Origin: Candidatus Moraniibacteriota bacterium
Lineage (GTDB): Bacteria; Patescibacteriota; Minisyncoccia; Moranbacterales; UBA1568
Reading direction: 5' to 3'
Length of the DNA: 64,000 nt
NCBI GenBank assembly: GCA_052034935.1
Contig: JBPOIB010000006.1
Location: 537-64,536, forward strand
Below the pieces are notes generated by a model that saw only the letters and a program-made list of their open reading frames with translations, was not told where the DNA came from and searched no databases. A program made the translations under genes and the position numbers. Below, piece after piece: positions 58,943 to 64,000 of the stretch; within the stretch, counting starts at the first letter, position 1, and each line of letters opens with the position of its first letter.

Positions 58943-59047
58943 TTGACTTTTCTACGTTTTTATGCTAGTATAGACTGTTGTGAAATACGGGTCGGTACCC
59001 GACACCACAACTGAGCGGCAGTACGTCGCTCACGGGTACCTTTACAA
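58943..59047 (+). promoter_or_regulatory. Promoter with structured leader and boxA-like motif
   Basis: TTGACT-17(TGC)-TAGTAT; hairpins; GTACCTTTACAA at 59036-59047. Confidence 0.65.
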
Positions 59048-59090
59048 TCAACCTCACACTCAACTGATCGCAAGATCAAGGAGATCAATC

Positions 59091-60110
59091 ATGGCAATCG
59101 ACATGTTCAAAGGGATGTTCAAGGAGATCAGTGTTCTGGAGATCCTGAACTTGTTCCAGATGTCCAGTATGAAAGGGCTGATGGAAAAGATCGGCATCGG
59201 CGGCAAGAGAAGTGTCAGCAATGATCCTTCAGCCGATGCAAGCACTACCGCCAACGAAGGCGGCAAGGGCAACATCGACGAGCACAATGCGCTCATCGCC
59301 ATGGCCGAAGCCCATTTTGCCGGCAGCGGTGCTCCGGCGAAACTCACGATCACCCGTAGCTGCTTCAGGAAACTCATGGCTATCTTCAAGCTCCTCCGCG
59401 AACAAGGCAAGAGCGGCGGGGCGGAGAAACTGATGCATATCATCGGCCATGAGAGCCACTTGCAGGGTACGGCCGTCAGCCAACGGACCAGCGGTCCCAA
59501 GGGTCAAAAGCCCGAGGGAGAAGCGCCGGCTCCGAGGATTGACATCCACAACGTGCGGGAACGTACGAACCCGGCGGGACAACTCATCATCCGTTTCCTC
59601 ACCGACATCGAGCCCCAAGAAGCCGTCGACCTCCTCACGGCCGCGTCCATCACGGACAACGGCAAGGACAAGACGGCGGCGGCGGCAAAGGCGGCGAAAG
59701 AAAAACTTGATGAAGGCTGGCAAGCCATCGCGAAGTGGTGGTATGACGGGAATCGCGACCTGCAGATCCACAGTGCCTGGGCCAGAATCGTCCTCGCTGA
59801 CGACAAGGCTATGGAACGGATCCTCAAAAGCGACAGAGCTCTCGAACTCTGGAACTCGTTCCAACTCGAGAGCAATGACCCCGTACGGGCCCGACGCTAC
59901 ATCGAACAGCTTGAAGGCTACATCTGGGAACAGGTCAATGCCCATCAAGACGCCTCGACCGAAGAACCGAAGCAAGTTCCGACATCTTCGCCCAGTCGCT
60001 TCCAATGGCTGCCGCGCAAGGTACCGTGGATGTTCATCGTCTGGGGTACCGCCGGTTTCTTCGTCCTCCTCACCATCCTGACTCAACACCTCAAGTCCCT
60101 CGGGAACTGA
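59091..60110 (+). CDS. Hypothetical protein with C-terminal TM anchor
   Basis: AAGGAG SD; 339 aa; C-terminal hydrophobic helix. Confidence 0.8.
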   Translation: MAIDMFKGMFKEISVLEILNLFQMSSMKGLMEKIGIGGKRSVSNDPSADASTTANEGGKGNIDEHNALIAMAEAHFAGSGAPAKLTITRSCFRKLMAIFKLLREQGKSGGAEKLMHIIGHESHLQGTAVSQRTSGPKGQKPEGEAPAPRIDIHNVRERTNPAGQLIIRFLTDIEPQEAVDLLTAASITDNGKDKTAAAAKAAKEKLDEGWQAIAKWWYDGNRDLQIHSAWARIVLADDKAMERILKSDRALELWNSFQLESNDPVRARRYIEQLEGYIWEQVNAHQDASTEEPKQVPTSSPSRFQWLPRKVPWMFIVWGTAGFFVLLTILTQHLKSLGN

Positions 60111-60136
60111 GGGGGCAACAACTTCAAGGAGATTCC

Positions 60137-61684
60137 ATGATTCAGCAACAGAACCCCCAAACCTCGCTCCTGCGAGCAGTGGGGCCGACACTCCGGGTCA
60201 ACTGGTTCGCCAGAGCCTGGGGCGGATCGACCGGGCTGCGTACCGCCCTCTGGTACGTTTTCGGCGGCCTCATCGCCCTCATCGCCATCGCGGTGTGGGC
60301 AAAGACGATGGGCTGGACAGCCATACCCTGGACCATCGGCGGCGGAGCACTCATCGCGGCCATCGTGATGGGGACGCCGTTCGCTCTCGGAGCCACTCCC
60401 CCGATCTGGTTCGCGGGGTTCATCCGGCATCAAGCCGGTGGAGACCCCTGGCTCTCGGCGGAAGATGGCGTCACGGGAGGCAATGACTATGTGAAGGGAC
60501 TGTGGGGGTTCTTCAAGAGCCTCCTCTTCTACACCCCGCTGGTTTTCTTCGGTATCGGCTTCTTCCGGATCGAAGGCAACCTGCTCGGCGTCATCCCCTT
60601 CCTCGGTGTTTCGCTGGCGCTCATCATCCACTACGCCGGCACGCAGGGCACGTTCTTCCGCAATCTGGTGGTGCTCATCTATACGGGCATCATCCTGTGG
60701 ATCCTCGGGACCTGGATTCCCCCGGTCGCCGAGCGGCAGCAGCAATTCACTCACTGGTGGACGCTGAACGTGTCGCGCAATGCGGCCGACCAAGCCAGCG
60801 ACGAGCAGAACGCCGACCAGCACGCCAAGAACGTGCTGGACGCCGACAACTGCTTCGCTGGCCTGAAGAAGATGGTCCAGCCCACCCAGGAAGACAAGGA
60901 CCGCTGTGAAGCGCTCCGGAAGTCCGTCGGCAGTTACGTCTACAAGAACGCTGCCGAACAACAGCGGGCCGAAGCCAATGCGAGGCTGCGCCAAGCGCGC
61001 GTCGACGCAGCGGCCGCCTGCTGGAAGGGAATCACTGGTAGCTCCAAGCCGGAAGCGATCGCCCAGTGCGAAGCGCTCGAAAAGGAGATCGACCAGCCTC
61101 CGGTCACAGCGACACCGTCTGCTCCCCCGCCCCCACAAGGGACGACGGGTGCCGGTGGAACCACCCCTACGACCACGACCACCAGCAGCGAAGGGCCTTG
61201 GAACTGCGAAAAGACGTACCGGGAACTCGAGTTCGATCCGCGCCTGAAAGCAGGCCGAGTCGACCTCGAACCCCTCCCTCCGGGAAGGTACGAGATCACC
61301 GTCACCGGCAAGCGGCAACAGCCCTTCTACGTGATGAACAGCGTCGGCCGAGCCGAGCATGCTGCAACGTGTCTGAGCGACCCCGAGGGCAACCTCGAAG
61401 GCTGCACGGACCCACGCGGCACGCCGATCGACTGGAAAGCCGATCCGGCGAAGCTCGCCCATTGGCCCGGTGAGGGCAGACTGCCCGACCCGAGCCGGGC
61501 TCATGGCACCGTGATGGCGCATATCTGGGGACACATCATCCCCGTCGGAAGCGCCGTTCGCATCGGTACATCGGAAGAGCGCCCAATCGCACTCGACCTG
61601 AACGCCGATCGCTACCCGCTGAACTGGAGCGGCACCGGAGCATTCGCTGTGAAGATCAAGCAATGTGAGGCGACACGCACCTAA
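60137..61684 (+). CDS. Hypothetical multi-TM protein with Cys-paired C-terminal region
   Basis: AAGGAG SD; high GC3; terminator near 61711-61749. Confidence 0.8.
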   Translation: MIQQQNPQTSLLRAVGPTLRVNWFARAWGGSTGLRTALWYVFGGLIALIAIAVWAKTMGWTAIPWTIGGGALIAAIVMGTPFALGATPPIWFAGFIRHQAGGDPWLSAEDGVTGGNDYVKGLWGFFKSLLFYTPLVFFGIGFFRIEGNLLGVIPFLGVSLALIIHYAGTQGTFFRNLVVLIYTGIILWILGTWIPPVAERQQQFTHWWTLNVSRNAADQASDEQNADQHAKNVLDADNCFAGLKKMVQPTQEDKDRCEALRKSVGSYVYKNAAEQQRAEANARLRQARVDAAAACWKGITGSSKPEAIAQCEALEKEIDQPPVTATPSAPPPPQGTTGAGGTTPTTTTTSSEGPWNCEKTYRELEFDPRLKAGRVDLEPLPPGRYEITVTGKRQQPFYVMNSVGRAEHAATCLSDPEGNLEGCTDPRGTPIDWKADPAKLAHWPGEGRLPDPSRAHGTVMAHIWGHIIPVGSAVRIGTSEERPIALDLNADRYPLNWSGTGAFAVKIKQCEATRT

Positions 61685-61872
61685 ACCGTCATCGAACGGT
61701 AAGGCAAACGAAACGGGCTGGAGAGCAATCTCCCGCCCGTTTTTTCTTTATCCCGTTAGAAGGAAAACTACTGGGCTAATACTCTTTTTCAAACTCTGTC
61801 GTTCAAAAAACAGATGTCACGGAAAAAATACCACCTCAAGATTTCTAACGGGATTTCTATACCCTCGCTCGT

Positions 61873-63900
61873 TTAGAAGAACCCCACGACGAGCCGAACC
61901 AGTACGATCGAGGCCAGCGAAACCGTAATCCCAATGATTGAGTACTTCACGATATTCTTTCCGGTATCGATACGACTCTCGTCCCCGGCTGCGGTCAGGT
62001 ACATGAAGGCTCCGATGACGAGCATGATGAGCGCGATGACACCGATGACCGAGAGGATAAAGTTGACCACACCCATCGTCATGTCGAGAAGTGATGGTCC
62101 GGCCGGAACTAACGGCGTGATGATACCGAGCATGGTTCCAATCTCTCGGAAGAACATCGGAGCGGCGATGCCGAGTGCAAGGCCGATGAGCGCGCCCAGG
62201 ATGCATTTCTTGCCCAGTTCCACCCGGCCCGTATCGCCGGCTGAGGTGATATAGAGAAAGGCACCGATGACGATGAAGATGATAGCGAGGATAGCAATCA
62301 GGTTCTGGAGCTCGGTCAGAAATTTCGCGATGAGTGCCGGAAGGTCCGCCGTAAAGAGCGGGTTCGGATACTTGACCGTCACCGGAGATGATGGCGGACC
62401 GGGTGGAACAGGAGGAACCACTTTCGGCGTACAGCAATCCATCACCGGACCGCAAGAAAGATCGAATTCTGTCTCTTCAGTCGTCCCGTCACAAGCAACC
62501 CGACACACTCCAGCACCACCGGATGTTCCTCCGACGCAAGCACCAACCGGAGGAGGGGCCACCTTGGGTGTGCAGCAATCCTCTACACCACAGGCGAAGT
62601 CGAATTCTGATGTTTCTGTAGCAGGATTACAGGCTGGACGGCACACTCCAGCGGCGCCGGACGTTCCACCCACGCAGGCAGCAGGGGCAGCGGCAGCACA
62701 GATACTTCCGTCCCAAGCTGATCCGGCGATACAGGTAGCATCCGACGAAGCTGTATCAATGATAGCCCCATTATTCCAGAGATCAAACCGTACGGTGGCA
62801 CCATAGCTCAAAGTACGCGTCTCGCCAGCCGAAGAAGCCGCTAGAGAAAAAGCGACCGCGTCCTGATCAACCCGCGGATTGACCGGAGCAGGAATGTTCC
62901 AACTTACTGAAATATCGCAGGCGCTCTGGCCCACCGGAATATCGCAACCAAACGGGACAGTGAACGTCGGTGATCCCGGCGGTCCGTACGAGACACAACA
63001 ATAGGTCGATCCGCCCCCGCAGGTCGCAGGGATATACGTCCCATCGACCGTCTCAGCGACATCCGGAGGAGTACACGAGAATCCACAGGTCCCCATATTG
63101 CCGCTATCGGCGCTCCGACAGGCGCTGCCAGGCACCGGAACGGGGGCAGCACACTGGCTCCCATCCCAGACATCGCTTCCGACGCACTGAGCACTCGACG
63201 GTTGCATGCTATACAACGGACCATCCAAAAGCTCGAGGATGTTCAATCCATGACTCAAAACGACGACTGTTCCCGGAGAGGATGCTGCACCGGAAACCGA
63301 ACTGCCGTCGTGGACAATCGATGGATTGAGCGGATTGGAAATGGACCAGCTGATAGTGATCGAACAATTGCTTCCGCCAGTGGGGATACTGCAGTTCGCC
63401 GGAACATTGAAGAAATCAAGGATTGGTTGGCAGCAGACCGCCCCGCCGAAACAAGCAGTGTCGGCAGCGCCGCCACCCACGCAGGCCGCGGGCAACTGGC
63501 AGGTGCCGTTTCCGCCCGAGCAGGCGGCACCGATGTTCGGCGGCGGGAGGCAGCAGATCTGTGCAGGCTGGCCACAAGATTCGAATGACTGAACATCGCC
63601 ATTATAGCCGCAGACTGGTTCACCCGGAAAACGAGTGTAGAGATCGCTCCGACACAGGCCGCCGGCATTCGTACAATCATTGACGCTTTGAGCCATTTGG
63701 CAACAAATCAAGGACCCGTTCGAATTAAACGGACAGGTGTGGGTAAAAATCGGATTTTCCCCTGCACCACAGCCAGAAATCCAACCCGGACGACACGCAG
63801 CGCCGATATCTTCACAGGCCTGAGCACTCACGCCATTCGGCGTAAACGTGATAAAAGCAAGTGCCAGAATAATGCTCGTGAAAAAATTCTTGAAGCGCAT
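61873..63900 (-). CDS. Cys-rich surface protein with two C-terminal TrbC/VirB2-like pilin domains
   Basis: Signal peptide; six C..C..C..C..CC repeats; twice GAF.Y.T.AGD....GK....(A/S).IG. Confidence 0.8.
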   Translation of the reverse strand: MRFKNFFTSIILALAFITFTPNGVSAQACEDIGAACRPGWISGCGAGENPIFTHTCPFNSNGSLICCQMAQSVNDCTNAGGLCRSDLYTRFPGEPVCGYNGDVQSFESCGQPAQICCLPPPNIGAACSGGNGTCQLPAACVGGGAADTACFGGAVCCQPILDFFNVPANCSIPTGGSNCSITISWSISNPLNPSIVHDGSSVSGAASSPGTVVVLSHGLNILELLDGPLYSMQPSSAQCVGSDVWDGSQCAAPVPVPGSACRSADSGNMGTCGFSCTPPDVAETVDGTYIPATCGGGSTYCCVSYGPPGSPTFTVPFGCDIPVGQSACDISVSWNIPAPVNPRVDQDAVAFSLAASSAGETRTLSYGATVRFDLWNNGAIIDTASSDATCIAGSAWDGSICAAAAPAACVGGTSGAAGVCRPACNPATETSEFDFACGVEDCCTPKVAPPPVGACVGGTSGGAGVCRVACDGTTEETEFDLSCGPVMDCCTPKVVPPVPPGPPSSPVTVKYPNPLFTADLPALIAKFLTELQNLIAILAIIFIVIGAFLYITSAGDTGRVELGKKCILGALIGLALGIAAPMFFREIGTMLGIITPLVPAGPSLLDMTMGVVNFILSVIGVIALIMLVIGAFMYLTAAGDESRIDTGKNIVKYSIIGITVSLASIVLVRLVVGFF

Positions 63901-63908
63901 GGTGTTTT

Positions 63909-64000
63909 CTACAAGAAATTTGCAATCTGCCGGACCAGGACGATGGAAGCGAGAGCGATGGTGATGCCGATGATCGAGTATTTCGCGATCTTCTTCCCGG
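63909..64000 (-). CDS. C-terminal fragment of another TrbC/VirB2-like pilin (partial)
   Basis: GKKIAKYSIIGITIALASIVLVRQIANFL*, nearly the same as the C-terminus of 61873-63900. Confidence 0.8.
   Translation of the reverse strand, partial: GKKIAKYSIIGITIALASIVLVRQIANFL

Noticed and set aside
59229-61663. Minus-strand ORFs of 320 and 526 aa
   Set aside because: Stop-poor antisense frames of high-GC3 plus-strand genes that have a promoter and SD.

Overview
A chromosomal segment of a small-genome bacterium, most likely Patescibacteria/CPR (Parcubacteria-like). This is inferred from DUF4012, a VirB2/TrbC-type pilin fusion, a short ThrS, lamin-tail surface proteins and mostly SD-less housekeeping genes. 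It holds a surface-glycan locus (about 1.5-16.5 kb), housekeeping genes (thrS, an mgtA-like ATPase, a yvcK-family gene, hup, rny, gpmI, recG, tsaD, valS, clpP, tig, ppa, nusA), 11 tRNAs and the end of a pilin cluster. I saw no CRISPR array, integrase, transposase or reverse transcriptase. The main signals are: (1) twin minus-strand transcription units at 29.07-30.98 kb sharing a promoter, a covarying structured leader, related small ORFs, a short basic peptide and terminators containing GATCCAT; (2) two related 150-170 bp non-coding elements behind tRNA-Arg genes that duplicate the tRNA 3' end and carry an antisense segment matching their own tRNA T-arm; (3) an operon of five diverged ~100-aa paralogues; (4) a class of orphan genes with their own sigma70 promoter, boxA-like motif, strong Shine-Dalgarno and terminator, unlike the core genes; (5) a pilin fused to six beta-defensin-like Cys repeats. 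All protein calls come from motif recognition by eye; no searches were run.
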